The notes under the pieces are model-generated. The model did no database searches. It was not told the DNA's origin and worked only from the letters and a program-made list of their open reading frames with translations. A program made the translations under genes and the position numbers. Source: Bacteroidales bacterium (GTDB lineage: Bacteria > Bacteroidota > Bacteroidia > Bacteroidales > VadinHA17). Taken from it: a DNA stretch of 64,000 nt. How positions within the stretch are numbered: the first letter of the stretch is position 1; each line of letters starts with the position of its first letter. This document shows, piece by piece, positions 18,401 to 27,527 of this stretch. The stretch covers positions 64,947 to 128,946 of the forward strand of contig JALONT010000001.1 in assembly GCA_025454795.1 (NCBI GenBank). Direction: 5' to 3'.

Positions 18401-18634
18401 ATGGAAATTAAAGTATTGTTTTTCGGGGTATTGGCAGAGATAACAAAGACCAGGTTTAAACACTACCGCGATATCACATCATATGATGATCTCAGGCTGA
18501 GGATTCAGGACGAATTCCCGGAAATAGTTCATTATAATTACAGGATTGCGTTGAACAGCGAGATAATCAATGAAGATCCGGAACTAAAAAACGAAGATGA
18601 AATCGCATACATGCCTCCATTTGCCGGAGGATGA
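18401..18634 (+). CDS. moaD: MoaD/ThiS family sulfur-carrier protein
   Basis: 77 aa with a beta-grasp-like sequence ending in ...PPFAGG (C-terminal Gly-Gly). Lies directly upstream of moaE. Confidence 0.7.
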   Translation: MEIKVLFFGVLAEITKTRFKHYRDITSYDDLRLRIQDEFPEIVHYNYRIALNSEIINEDPELKNEDEIAYMPPFAGG

Positions 18635-18657
18635 AAATATTTTAGCAGGATCATATT

Positions 18658-19098
18658 ATGAAAGAGAGCATTCTGATAAACGGACCTGTTCCTAAGGCCA
18701 TGATTTCTTCACTCCTTGAGGCTCTGGGTAATGATACCGGTGCCGGAGGCCATTCGTTATTCCTCGGTCAGGTAAGGGCAGATGTCACAGATGGCAGGAG
18801 AGTTAAAGCAATAGAATATTCTGCCTATGAGGCAATGGTAATGGAAGAAGCTGATAAAATCAAGAAATCAATAATAGCGGAATATGATGACCTGAAATCA
18901 ATAATTATTCTGCACTCAGTGGGCATAGTAAACGCGGGTGAAATTTCCCTGTTTGTCCTGATTTCTGCAGGACACAGGCATCAGGCAATGCAGGCTTGCA
19001 GCAAAACAGTGGAGTTAATCAAGGAAAAACTACCGGTCTGGAAGAAAGAGATTTTTGAAAACAATACCTCTGAATGGAGACAAAACTATCAGGCCTAA
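18658..19098 (+). CDS. moaE: molybdopterin synthase catalytic subunit MoaE family
   Basis: 146 aa. GAGGHSLFLGQVR...IEYSAYEAM...SAGHRHQAMQACSKTVELIKEKLPVWKKE is typical of MoaE. Confidence 0.8.
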   Translation: MKESILINGPVPKAMISSLLEALGNDTGAGGHSLFLGQVRADVTDGRRVKAIEYSAYEAMVMEEADKIKKSIIAEYDDLKSIIILHSVGIVNAGEISLFVLISAGHRHQAMQACSKTVELIKEKLPVWKKEIFENNTSEWRQNYQA

Positions 19099-20846
19099 AC
19101 AGGCTCCCGGATCACTGAACTTGTCTGACGGTTATTTTCAACCCTATTTTGACCTTCCTTATGAGTAATTAAAATTAAGCCAGACTTTCCGCTTAGAATT
19201 GAGGTGTATTTCTCACGGTCATTCAGAATTTCAATAGCTTTCTTTACCTGCTCATCTTTTTGTAGGGACCATCCAATTGCTCCCTCTTCATAAAAGTAAC
19301 GTCCGATGATCTCTTCTTCAATAAGCTGGGTTATTTCGTCTCTGAATATTGTCAGGTCCTGTTCAAGATTATGGGCGACATCCTCTTCCATTTCAGTAAA
19401 AAGCTCCTTATGAAGGTCGTAATATTTTTCTTTTTTTGCGTTCGCAATAAGCTCATTCAAAGACTCTTCAGTGGTGGTCTTGTAATTAAAATTCCGGGTC
19501 ATGAGAAGATTACGGAAATCAGCATAATCCTGGTCTGTAAATCTGAATTGTGAAAAAGAATTAATAACAGGATGCGTGTTCCAATACTGTGTTGCAAAAT
19601 CGAAGATCAGGTACCTGATATATAATTCTGTAGCTACCTGGCTTAATGATTCAGGAAGGACCTCTACATCCGGTGTAATCCCCCCGCCATCTTTTACTGT
19701 TCTTCCGTTTCTTGTCTTAAATTCTGATACCAGCGAATCCGGGATTATTCCCACACTTCCGTCTTCATTGGGATGGGAGAAATCAAGCGCCTGGATGCAT
19801 CTTCCACTGGGAATATAGTATTTTGCAGTTGTAACCTTCAGCTTAGTGTTATAGCTCAGCGGGCGGGTAACCTGAACGAGCCCTTTTCCATAGGATCTCT
19901 GTCCGATGATTACACCCCGGTCAAGGTCCTGGATGGCACCTGCCACAATTTCAGCTGCCGATGCTGAGCCTCTGTTGATAAGAATTGCAAGAGGTATTTT
20001 TTCATCAACAGCTGCCTTGCCAGTTTTAAAATCCTCATCGAATTGTTTTACTTTTCCTTTTGTTGAAACTACCGGATTGCCCGGACCTACAAATAGATTC
20101 ACAAGCTCTACTGATTCAGTGAGCAACCCGCCCGGATTGCCTCTGAGATCAATAATTAACTGCTGCGGATTGCTGGTTTTTACCTTTAAAAGAGCCTCTT
20201 TGAAATCACCGATACAATCCTGCGTAAAATTTGAAAGACGTATATACCCGGTTTTAGGATCGATCATTCCTGCATACGGAACAGGAGGGATGACTATCTT
20301 TTCCCTCTTCATCGAATAGTCTGATTCCTTCCCGTTTCTTTCAATTGTTACTGTAATATCCGTGCCTGGATTTCCTTTCAGCTTTTCGCTGACTTTATCG
20401 GTTGAAACACCTTTGATAGATAGCCCATCTACTTTTTTCAGAATATCGCCAGCTTTTATTCCGGCAAGATCTGCAGGGAAACCCCTGTAAACCTGACTTA
20501 TCACAACATATTCACCCCCGCCCCTGACCAACGATCCTATCCCTCCGTATTTTCCGGTTGTGAGGAAAGTAAATTCATCCGCATCAGATTCAGAATAATA
20601 TACCGTATAAGGATCAAGGGTTTTGAGCATATTATCAATACCGGCTTTAATGGTTTTATCAGGGTTGATTTCGTCGACATAAAATGTATTTAGTTCTCTG
20701 AAAAGTGAGAAAAAAATATCAAGGTTCTTGGCAATCCTGAAATCCCTTGTATCTTGTGTTGCCAGGAATCCGGCACTTAAACCCGCAATGATCAAAAGGC
20801 TAAAACTAATTATTATTCTGCCAGACCGCATCTTTTTCATACCCAT
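19095..20846 (-). CDS. S41 family C-terminal processing peptidase with PDZ domain
   Basis: 583 aa. GGIG, PDZ segment, DLRGNPGG, SASAAEI. Its stop codon overlaps the moaE stop by 4 nt (convergent genes). Confidence 0.9.
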   Translation of the reverse strand: MGMKKMRSGRIIISFSLLIIAGLSAGFLATQDTRDFRIAKNLDIFFSLFRELNTFYVDEINPDKTIKAGIDNMLKTLDPYTVYYSESDADEFTFLTTGKYGGIGSLVRGGGEYVVISQVYRGFPADLAGIKAGDILKKVDGLSIKGVSTDKVSEKLKGNPGTDITVTIERNGKESDYSMKREKIVIPPVPYAGMIDPKTGYIRLSNFTQDCIGDFKEALLKVKTSNPQQLIIDLRGNPGGLLTESVELVNLFVGPGNPVVSTKGKVKQFDEDFKTGKAAVDEKIPLAILINRGSASAAEIVAGAIQDLDRGVIIGQRSYGKGLVQVTRPLSYNTKLKVTTAKYYIPSGRCIQALDFSHPNEDGSVGIIPDSLVSEFKTRNGRTVKDGGGITPDVEVLPESLSQVATELYIRYLIFDFATQYWNTHPVINSFSQFRFTDQDYADFRNLLMTRNFNYKTTTEESLNELIANAKKEKYYDLHKELFTEMEEDVAHNLEQDLTIFRDEITQLIEEEIIGRYFYEEGAIGWSLQKDEQVKKAIEILNDREKYTSILSGKSGLILITHKEGQNRVENNRQTSSVIREPV

Positions 20847-20921
20847 GGTGTAATAATTTGGAACGACGAAATTAAGAAGAAAATTGATAAAGAAATTGAC
20901 AAAGAAATAATTAAGACAATT

Positions 20922-21329
20922 TTAACAGTTTTTCTTATTTTCCCTGATCAATGCTGTAAGATTATAAAGCATTTCCATAACTGATTTTTCGATAGTCGGG
21001 AAATCGATCAATGAATTTCCACGGAAAATGACAATAACCGCAATCTGAATATTTTCCCGGACCAGGCAGCTATAAAGAATCTGTTTGTTTTTTCTGTAAG
21101 CTTCTTTCATCCTGCGTTTAAGCAGATTTCTTGTTACTGCATGACGAAAACCTTTTTTTGAAACACTGAATGCAATCTGTGCAGGATAGGTGGTTTTCAA
21201 AACAGCTTTTTCCCAGACAACCTTAAAGAGCGGAGAATAAAAGATATTTCCGCTTTCAAACAGTGAAGTAATTGTCTTTCTGCTGCAAAGCCTTTCGGAT
21301 TTTCGAAATGTTTCCCTCCCGGTGATCAT
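20922..21329 (-). CDS. rnpA: ribonuclease P protein component
   Basis: 135 aa. FRKSERLCSRKTITSLF...FSVSKKGFRHAVTRNLLKRRMKEAYR is the basic RNR-like motif. Confidence 0.8.
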   Translation of the reverse strand: MITGRETFRKSERLCSRKTITSLFESGNIFYSPLFKVVWEKAVLKTTYPAQIAFSVSKKGFRHAVTRNLLKRRMKEAYRKNKQILYSCLVRENIQIAVIVIFRGNSLIDFPTIEKSVMEMLYNLTALIRENKKNC

Positions 21330-21403
21330 ATATAATGAACTATTCCTGCTGCAGCTCTGACTTGTATCATGAGCTTCAGGGGAGTAATTATTCTAAAATA
21401 AAC

Positions 21404-22156
21404 TTACTTCTGATTCTTGTTATGTTCTTTGAGAAAAATATCAAGAGCCATTGTCATTGAAGGTGCCTTAGGATTCGGCGCATTGATGTCGAGCCTCAGT
21501 CCCTCCTGTTGAACAGCACAGGCAGTTGTCGGTCCGAATGCCGCGATCTTAATGTCTCCCTGAATAAAAGAAGGGAAGTTTTCTTTCAGAGATTTGATGC
21601 CGGAAGGACTGTAAAAAACCAGAATATCATAATTAAAATCCTTTTCCTTTGAAAAATCGGTGCTTATAGTTTTATAAAGGGTTCCTATGGCGTACTTGAT
21701 ATTATTCTTATCAAGGACCTCTGGTATTTCTGCATTATGAGGCTCAGAGAGAGGAACAAAGAAATTGTCCTCCTTATGTTTAACGATTACATCGATAAGA
21801 TCCTGAAACCTGGCCTTCCCATGAAAAATCTTGCGTTTTCTGTAAACGATGTATTTCTGCAGATAAAAAGCGACATTCTCGGTAATGCAGAAATATTTCA
21901 TGGTATCGGGTACCAGAATTCTCAGCTCATTACAGATCCTGAAAAAATGATCAATCCCGGTCTTACTGGTGAAAATAATGGCTGTAAAATCAAGAATATT
22001 GATCTTTTGATGCCTGAAATCCTTTGAGGGGACTCCTTCAACCTGGACAAACGGTTTAAAATCTATTTTCAGATTGTACTTCTTTGCCAGATCGAAATAT
22101 GGAGATTTCGGATTCATCGGTTCTGGCTGCGACACTAAAATCTTCCTTATTTTCAA
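21404..22156 (-). CDS. uroporphyrinogen-III synthase (HemD)-like protein
   Basis: 250 aa. ILVSQPEP...FTSKTGIDHFF...VFYSPSGIKSL pattern of HEM4-fold proteins as annotated in Bacteroidota. Confidence 0.65.
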   Translation of the reverse strand: MKIRKILVSQPEPMNPKSPYFDLAKKYNLKIDFKPFVQVEGVPSKDFRHQKINILDFTAIIFTSKTGIDHFFRICNELRILVPDTMKYFCITENVAFYLQKYIVYRKRKIFHGKARFQDLIDVIVKHKEDNFFVPLSEPHNAEIPEVLDKNNIKYAIGTLYKTISTDFSKEKDFNYDILVFYSPSGIKSLKENFPSFIQGDIKIAAFGPTTACAVQQEGLRLDINAPNPKAPSMTMALDIFLKEHNKNQK

Positions 22157-22200
22157 CTCCTTACAGTTTTAGTTTTACCTTCAATGTTACTCTTCCCAAT

Positions 22201-23082
22201 CTAAAACAGGCCTGTAAAATACTTCACTATTATGACTACAGGCAAAAATTCCAGCGCACAAAGGTATAAAATCAAATACAAAACAGAAATATTCCTCTTT
22301 ATAAAAATCAAAAAGAGCCTTATAATGCGCATCAAATAGAGGATAGATATAGTAATAAATCCGGTAAGGAATAAAACTTTTACGGGGAAAAGCCTGGTAT
22401 ATGATATAAGGATTACAAGAACGAATAAAACTAGCGCCATCATCCGGTACGAAAGATAAATAGTGACTATGTACTCATTAAATGCATTATTCTCGGTACT
22501 CACTTTTCCTGTAAAATAACAGGTAATATGTCTGATTGTAATAGCAGCAACGATAATACCCAGTGCTATAATCCAGTATAGGAAGCCGGAGATACCCGAT
22601 GGAATAGAATCATAATATAAGGCAGTACAATATGCAAATAATGCCAGGTTAAAAAATGTAATTAAATTCATTATAGTTGACTCCCAGTGAAATAGTGCTG
22701 CTATATCTCTCGATGCCGGGTCTCCTATTCCCCGGGAAAAAATAAACCGGGTAACTTCAGAAATCATCCTTTTTGAAACGGTCCGGAAGACAGAATAAAG
22801 AAATGCTGAAACAAGAACCACAAGCACTATCCAGTCATCATGAAATGACCGGACTGGCATCTCCCTGCCGTCTTTCAGATGTTTTGTAAGTGTTTCTCTT
22901 ACAGCTGTCTCCCTTATGCTGTTCTTTTCGGTGAATTGATAGGGAAACCGGGTTAATTCAGTCTTATCAATTCTGGTTACCAGGTTTGCCGAGTCATAAA
23001 AAGTTACATCAGAAACTGTATTCCTTATACAGACTGCAAATGTATCGATAGGATCAGAAATGTTCATGTCTCTCTCCGGCAA
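22201..23082 (-). CDS. DUF4271-like polytopic membrane protein
   Basis: 293 aa with about 6 hydrophobic segments in the C-terminal two-thirds. It sits next to the HemD-like gene, as I recall for other Bacteroidota. Confidence 0.55.
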   Translation of the reverse strand: MPERDMNISDPIDTFAVCIRNTVSDVTFYDSANLVTRIDKTELTRFPYQFTEKNSIRETAVRETLTKHLKDGREMPVRSFHDDWIVLVVLVSAFLYSVFRTVSKRMISEVTRFIFSRGIGDPASRDIAALFHWESTIMNLITFFNLALFAYCTALYYDSIPSGISGFLYWIIALGIIVAAITIRHITCYFTGKVSTENNAFNEYIVTIYLSYRMMALVLFVLVILISYTRLFPVKVLFLTGFITISILYLMRIIRLFLIFIKRNISVLYLILYLCALEFLPVVIIVKYFTGLF

Positions 23083-23926
23083 TTTCGGACAGAATATTGT
23101 TTGCTAATCGGCTTGCACCAATCCTGAAGAGTTTCTTATTCAGCCAATCCTTCCCAAGGCAATAGCTGACTATATTAAAATAAATCATTGCATCAGCAGC
23201 AGTAACAATACCGCCGGCAGCTTTAAACCCCACCCTGATTCCTGTTTCAGAATAGAAATCTGCAATAGCCCTGCACATAACAAATGCAGCTTCGGGCGTA
23301 GCAGAAACAGGCACTTTTCCCGTGGATGTTTTAATAAAATCGGCTCCGGCATCCATAGCTATCATTGATGCCCTGAAAACCTGTTCATAATCGGGAAGCA
23401 AACCTGATTCAACAATAACTTTGAGGATCCTGTCGCCAACTGCATTTTTTAATTCGCGGATCTCTTCAGCAACAAGTGCATAATTATTTCCGAGAAAAGC
23501 TCCGACAGGTATAACAATGTCAATCTCATCGGCTCCGGTGTCAATTGCCATTTTGCATTCGGCAACCTTTATGCTTCTGAAAGTCTGGGATGTCGGGAAA
23601 GACCCTGCGACCGACGCTATAGCAACGTTTTTTGCTGTAAGCTTCTCTTTCACAACAGAGACAAAATTCGGAAAAACACATATGGCCGCAACATTCGGTA
23701 TATTGGAGAATCGGCTCTGAAAGCTGTTTACCTTCCCGGTCAGATGTATGATATTGCTTTTATTGTCAGTGGTATTTAGACTGGTCAGATCAATAGCATT
23801 CAGAATGCTCATCAGAAGGTGTTTGTCAGGCACCTGCGGTGCTGCAGATACTGCATTTTTAAGACCCTTCTTAATTTCAGCTTCCGGGGGGCATGACTTG
23901 ATCAGTTTTTGATAGAGCTTTGTCAT
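23054..23926 (-). CDS. deoC: deoxyribose-phosphate aldolase
   Basis: 290 aa. Class I aldolase TIM barrel with FIKTSTGK (Schiff-base Lys) and GFKAAGGI. Confidence 0.85.
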   Translation of the reverse strand: MTKLYQKLIKSCPPEAEIKKGLKNAVSAAPQVPDKHLLMSILNAIDLTSLNTTDNKSNIIHLTGKVNSFQSRFSNIPNVAAICVFPNFVSVVKEKLTAKNVAIASVAGSFPTSQTFRSIKVAECKMAIDTGADEIDIVIPVGAFLGNNYALVAEEIRELKNAVGDRILKVIVESGLLPDYEQVFRASMIAMDAGADFIKTSTGKVPVSATPEAAFVMCRAIADFYSETGIRVGFKAAGGIVTAADAMIYFNIVSYCLGKDWLNKKLFRIGASRLANNILSEIAGERHEHF

Positions 23927-24021
23927 ATTAATCTTTCAGGTTAAATCAATACGCATATTATGAAAAAAAGAACGGGTTCAATATAATGCTTTTTGTTTTC
24001 ATAATGGTTTAATTTATCAAT

Positions 24022-25458
24022 TTAAGTACCCGCCGGTTTATTATTACGTGCCAGGGAAGCAAATATCCCTAACACGGAAAGAATCGAGAAGATGATAAAT
24101 CCGGTTTTTATTGCAGAGATAAGCCCCGGGTAGGTAGCCGGATTAATTGTCTGCTTCCCTATATATAGAGCTATAAGCATCATGGCGACACCCATGCTCA
24201 TCATTTGCCCTACCATTCTCATTGTTCCCACAACTCCGGAAGCTATTCCCAGATGACGTTTATCCACGGAGCTCATTATAGCATTGGAATTAGGTGATGA
24301 AAACAGACCGAATCCAACGCCCATAATTATAAGAAGTATTACTAAAATATATAAAGGGGTTGTTACTGTAATAAAGCATAATAAAACAAGTCCTGTCCCT
24401 GTCAGCCCCATACCGACAGATGCAATTACTCCGGGATTTATTCTGTCGGAAAGCCTCCCTGCCATTGGTGATAAAAGCGCCATTGCAACAGGCTGAGATA
24501 TCATTATCAGTCCCGCGCTCCGGGCATCAAGGCCCTTAAGATACTGAAGATACAGACTGATGAAAAATCCGGTTGCACTGGTTGCGGAATAATGGATTAA
24601 TGCAGCAAGACCGGAAAAGGCAAACACTCTGTTTCTAAGTATAAGTCTGATGTCAAAGACCGGATGCTCAGTTCTGTTTTCAAAAAAGAGAAAAACAGCT
24701 GCCAATAGAATCCCGGACAACAGACATATCCATCCGAAAAGAGATGGTAGTTTTGAAAAACCGTAAATGAATGCTGAGAGCGCAATTCCATAAATAAGAG
24801 ATCCCTTCAAGTCAAATTGTTCTCCTTTTGCTTCAGCCCATTCGGTTTTTATCTTCTTCTTTATCAGATAGATTGAAACCAATCCCAGTGGGACCAGAAA
24901 TGCAAAAATGCTTCTCCATCCCAGGGCCTCTGTAAGAAAACCGCCTATAACCGGCCCTGTAGACAGACCGAGATATACAGCAGTGATGTTAATTCCCATT
25001 GCTCTTCCCCTCTCGCCCTGTGGAAACACTGATGTAATAATGGCAAGGCTTGTTCCGAAGATCATTGCGCTCGAGAATCCCTGCAGGATCCTGAAGAGAA
25101 TCAGCGACGTAATATCCCAGGAAAAAACAATAAGGAATGTTGAAATGGTAAAAAGAATAATGCCATACATGAATACCTTTTTTCTGCCTATAATATCCCC
25201 CAGCCTTCCAAACGGAAGAAGGAAAATCGCCGATGCGAGGATGAAGCTGCTGATGATCCAGCTGAGACTTATTGCATTGGCATGAAGATCTTTTCCAATG
25301 GCAGGCAGGGCCAGATTAACCGCCGACCCCAGAAAGGGAGTCAGAAATGCTGCAAATGCAGAAACAATCATTACAGACTGTTTAAGACTCTTTTCATTGC
25401 TGACTAATTCAGGACTGCCCATATATTGATTTTTATTATTCTTTCTCTTTGGTATCAA
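24022..25458 (-). CDS. MFS transporter, DHA2 (14-TMS EmrB/QacA-like) family
   Basis: 478 aa with ~14 hydrophobic segments and the GRLGDIIGRKKV motif A. Confidence 0.85.
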   Translation of the reverse strand: MIPKRKNNKNQYMGSPELVSNEKSLKQSVMIVSAFAAFLTPFLGSAVNLALPAIGKDLHANAISLSWIISSFILASAIFLLPFGRLGDIIGRKKVFMYGIILFTISTFLIVFSWDITSLILFRILQGFSSAMIFGTSLAIITSVFPQGERGRAMGINITAVYLGLSTGPVIGGFLTEALGWRSIFAFLVPLGLVSIYLIKKKIKTEWAEAKGEQFDLKGSLIYGIALSAFIYGFSKLPSLFGWICLLSGILLAAVFLFFENRTEHPVFDIRLILRNRVFAFSGLAALIHYSATSATGFFISLYLQYLKGLDARSAGLIMISQPVAMALLSPMAGRLSDRINPGVIASVGMGLTGTGLVLLCFITVTTPLYILVILLIIMGVGFGLFSSPNSNAIMSSVDKRHLGIASGVVGTMRMVGQMMSMGVAMMLIALYIGKQTINPATYPGLISAIKTGFIIFSILSVLGIFASLARNNKPAGT

Positions 25459-25888
25459 TTATGATGGTAACAGGCCCGTCATTTACAAGCGCTATATCCA
25501 TCATAGCACCAAATTCTCCTGTTGCAGGAACTTTCCCAGAAAGAATTGTCAGGCTTTTAATAAAGCTTTCATATAAAGGAATAGCTGTTTCGGGTCTTGC
25601 AGCCTTTATGTACGATGGCCTGTTGCCTTTCTTCGTTTTTGCATGGAGGGTAAACTGGCTGACCACCATAATTTCTCCGCCAGTTTCCTGAAGAGACAGA
25701 TTCATTATGCCGTTGCTGTCGTTAAATATTCTCAGCTGAATAATTTTATTTCCAAGCCATTCAGCATCAGCCAGACCATCTGTTTCTTCAATACCGACAA
25801 AAACGAGAAGCCCGGACCCAATTTCAGATTTTACAATATTATTTATTGCTACAGATGCCTTTCTTACCCGTTGAATTACTGCTCTCAT
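25436..25888 (-). CDS. dtd: D-aminoacyl-tRNA deacylase
   Basis: 150 aa. MRAVIQRV...SQFTL...G.RPS...GEFGAMM are conserved Dtd motifs. Confidence 0.95.
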   Translation of the reverse strand: MRAVIQRVRKASVAINNIVKSEIGSGLLVFVGIEETDGLADAEWLGNKIIQLRIFNDSNGIMNLSLQETGGEIMVVSQFTLHAKTKKGNRPSYIKAARPETAIPLYESFIKSLTILSGKVPATGEFGAMMDIALVNDGPVTIIIDTKEKE

Positions 25889-25891
25889 TGA

Positions 25892-25945
25892 ACCATTTTC
25901 CGGTGTTCAAATATATACAATCAATTTTAAAAACCGGAGAATGGT
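25892..25945. other. 13-bp inverted repeat with a 28-nt spacer in the divergent dtd/mntP control region
   Basis: ACCATTTTCCGGT (25892-25904) versus ACCGGAGAATGGT (25933-25945). 12 of 13 positions are complementary, and the mismatch is a G-U pair only in a plus-strand RNA. Confidence 0.5.
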
Positions 25946-25954
25946 GTTTTATAT

Positions 25955-25962
25955 TATATTTG
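25955..25962 (+). promoter_or_regulatory. TAnnTTTG -7 promoter motif (TATATTTG) upstream of mntP
   Basis: Lies 20 nt upstream of the ATG at 25982. Confidence 0.45.
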
Positions 25963-25981
25963 CCCGGATTAAAGCATTCAG

Positions 25982-26545
25982 ATGGATTACCTGACAATAT
26001 TTGCTATAGCGGCCGGCCTGTGTTTTGACACATTTGCAGTTTCTCTTTCTTTTGGTGTTGTGCAATTCAGGGTCCTTTTCAAACAGGCAATCCGTTTAGC
26101 ATTAATCCTTGCGGCCTTCCAGGGAGGATTAACTGTCGCAGGATTTTTTCTTGGATCAATTGTATCAAATGCTCTTAAGACTTTCGATCACTGGATTGCC
26201 CTGGGCCTGCTTACTCTCCTTGGAATTAAGATGATCATTGAAGGATTAAAGAAACAGGGGAAAAAGGAAATAATAGATTACAGTAAGCCGATGGTTATCT
26301 TTACCATTGCATTAGGAACCAGTATTGATGCCTTTGCTGTTGGAATAAGCTTTGCCCTGCTTGATGTAAAAATATGGACTGCTGGTTTTATTATCGGTGC
26401 AGTGACATTCCTGGCTTCAATGACAGCGATAAGAATAGGCAAGTCAGCCGGGGAGAAGCTTGGTCAGCGGGTGGAGATAGTCGGAGGATTGATTCTTGTC
26501 GCAATAGGACTAAAGATATTCCTCGAGCATATACTCGCCGGTTAA
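25982..26545 (+). CDS. mntP: manganese efflux pump MntP family
   Basis: 187 aa with six hydrophobic segments and a duplicated D-x-FAV motif (CFDTFAVSLSFG and SIDAFAVGISFA). Confidence 0.85.
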   Translation: MDYLTIFAIAAGLCFDTFAVSLSFGVVQFRVLFKQAIRLALILAAFQGGLTVAGFFLGSIVSNALKTFDHWIALGLLTLLGIKMIIEGLKKQGKKEIIDYSKPMVIFTIALGTSIDAFAVGISFALLDVKIWTAGFIIGAVTFLASMTAIRIGKSAGEKLGQRVEIVGGLILVAIGLKIFLEHILAG

Positions 26546-26565
26546 AAGTATTAACTCACAGATTA

Positions 26566-27351
26566 TCAAAAAGGAATCATTCTTCTTTTTCTTCCTTCAA
26601 ATACTGCCATTTCGGTGAATCCGGTATCCCTGAGCAGTTCATAGGCTTCGTCGAAATACTGGCCTACACGAGCCGGTATATGGGCATCTGAGTTGACACA
26701 GACAGGAACGTCTTCCTCCCTGAAGATATGGAGAAACCGCCGGTCGGGATAGAAATCAGCAATCGGTCTGTTTCTTCCGTTCGTATTAAGTTCAAATGCG
26801 ACATTATTTTTCTTCAGGCATTTGGCCAGTTTCCGGTAAAGAGGTTCCGGATCGGATTCGGGTTTAAAACCATAGATCCTGATAAGGTCACAGTGCCCGA
26901 TAATATCAAATAGTCCGGAAGATGCTGCTGCCATCACTTGCTCAAAATAGTATTCGTACAATTTATCAATGTTTTTTCCTTCATAAAATTCAGGGCCGTG
27001 GTCGACGGTCTTCTCTCCCAGATAATGAACGGATCCGATCCTGTAATCAAGATCCACCCCGCCCAGAAAAACCTTAATCTCTTTCTCCATTCCGCTTATA
27101 AAATCGACTTCCAGTCCGGTTCTGACAGTTATTCCGGATATGTTTTTTTTAAGCTTTTCAATATATTCAGTATAAATTGAAACGATATCGGGATTCATGC
27201 ACCCATCCTGCTTTCCATTAAACAGGGAGAGATGTTCGGAAAAACCTATTTCGCAAAGACCGGCAGCAGCAGCAGGACCAACATAATCATCAGGAGAGGA
27301 CCTGCCATCACTGAAGGTTGTGTGCATATGGTAATCTGTTCGGTATATCAT
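26566..27351 (-). CDS. PHP-domain phosphatase (histidinol-phosphatase HisJ family)
   Basis: 261 aa. N-terminal DYHMHTTFSDG, then SEH, GSVH, GHCD and NSDAH metal-ligand motifs. Confidence 0.8.
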   Translation of the reverse strand: MIYRTDYHMHTTFSDGRSSPDDYVGPAAAAGLCEIGFSEHLSLFNGKQDGCMNPDIVSIYTEYIEKLKKNISGITVRTGLEVDFISGMEKEIKVFLGGVDLDYRIGSVHYLGEKTVDHGPEFYEGKNIDKLYEYYFEQVMAAASSGLFDIIGHCDLIRIYGFKPESDPEPLYRKLAKCLKKNNVAFELNTNGRNRPIADFYPDRRFLHIFREEDVPVCVNSDAHIPARVGQYFDEAYELLRDTGFTEMAVFEGRKRRMIPF

Positions 27352-27527
27352 ATAAATGTATCGAATTTGTCAGGCCGGAAAGATTTTCAAATTAGGTTTA
27401 AATTTGGCAATAAAACAAATGCACTGATTTCAGGTGTCAGGAGATCATTATTATATATGGAAAAACCAGAGAAGTAGTAGATATTAACGAGCTCAAAATT
27501 CTTTCCCAAAATTGTCAAAACAAGCAG

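Noticed and set aside
19095-19098. 4-nt overlap of the convergent stop codons of moaE and the S41 protease gene
   Set aside because: It is real in the sequence. Tail-to-tail overlaps of a few nt are common in compact genomes and imply nothing specific beyond the lack of a terminator.
23054-25458. Same-strand gene overlaps: deoC/DUF4271 (29 nt) and MFS/dtd (23 nt)
   Set aside because: These probably reflect start-codon choice in the ORF track or ordinary translational coupling. Internal Met codons shorten but do not remove the overlaps. They are not unusual enough to flag.
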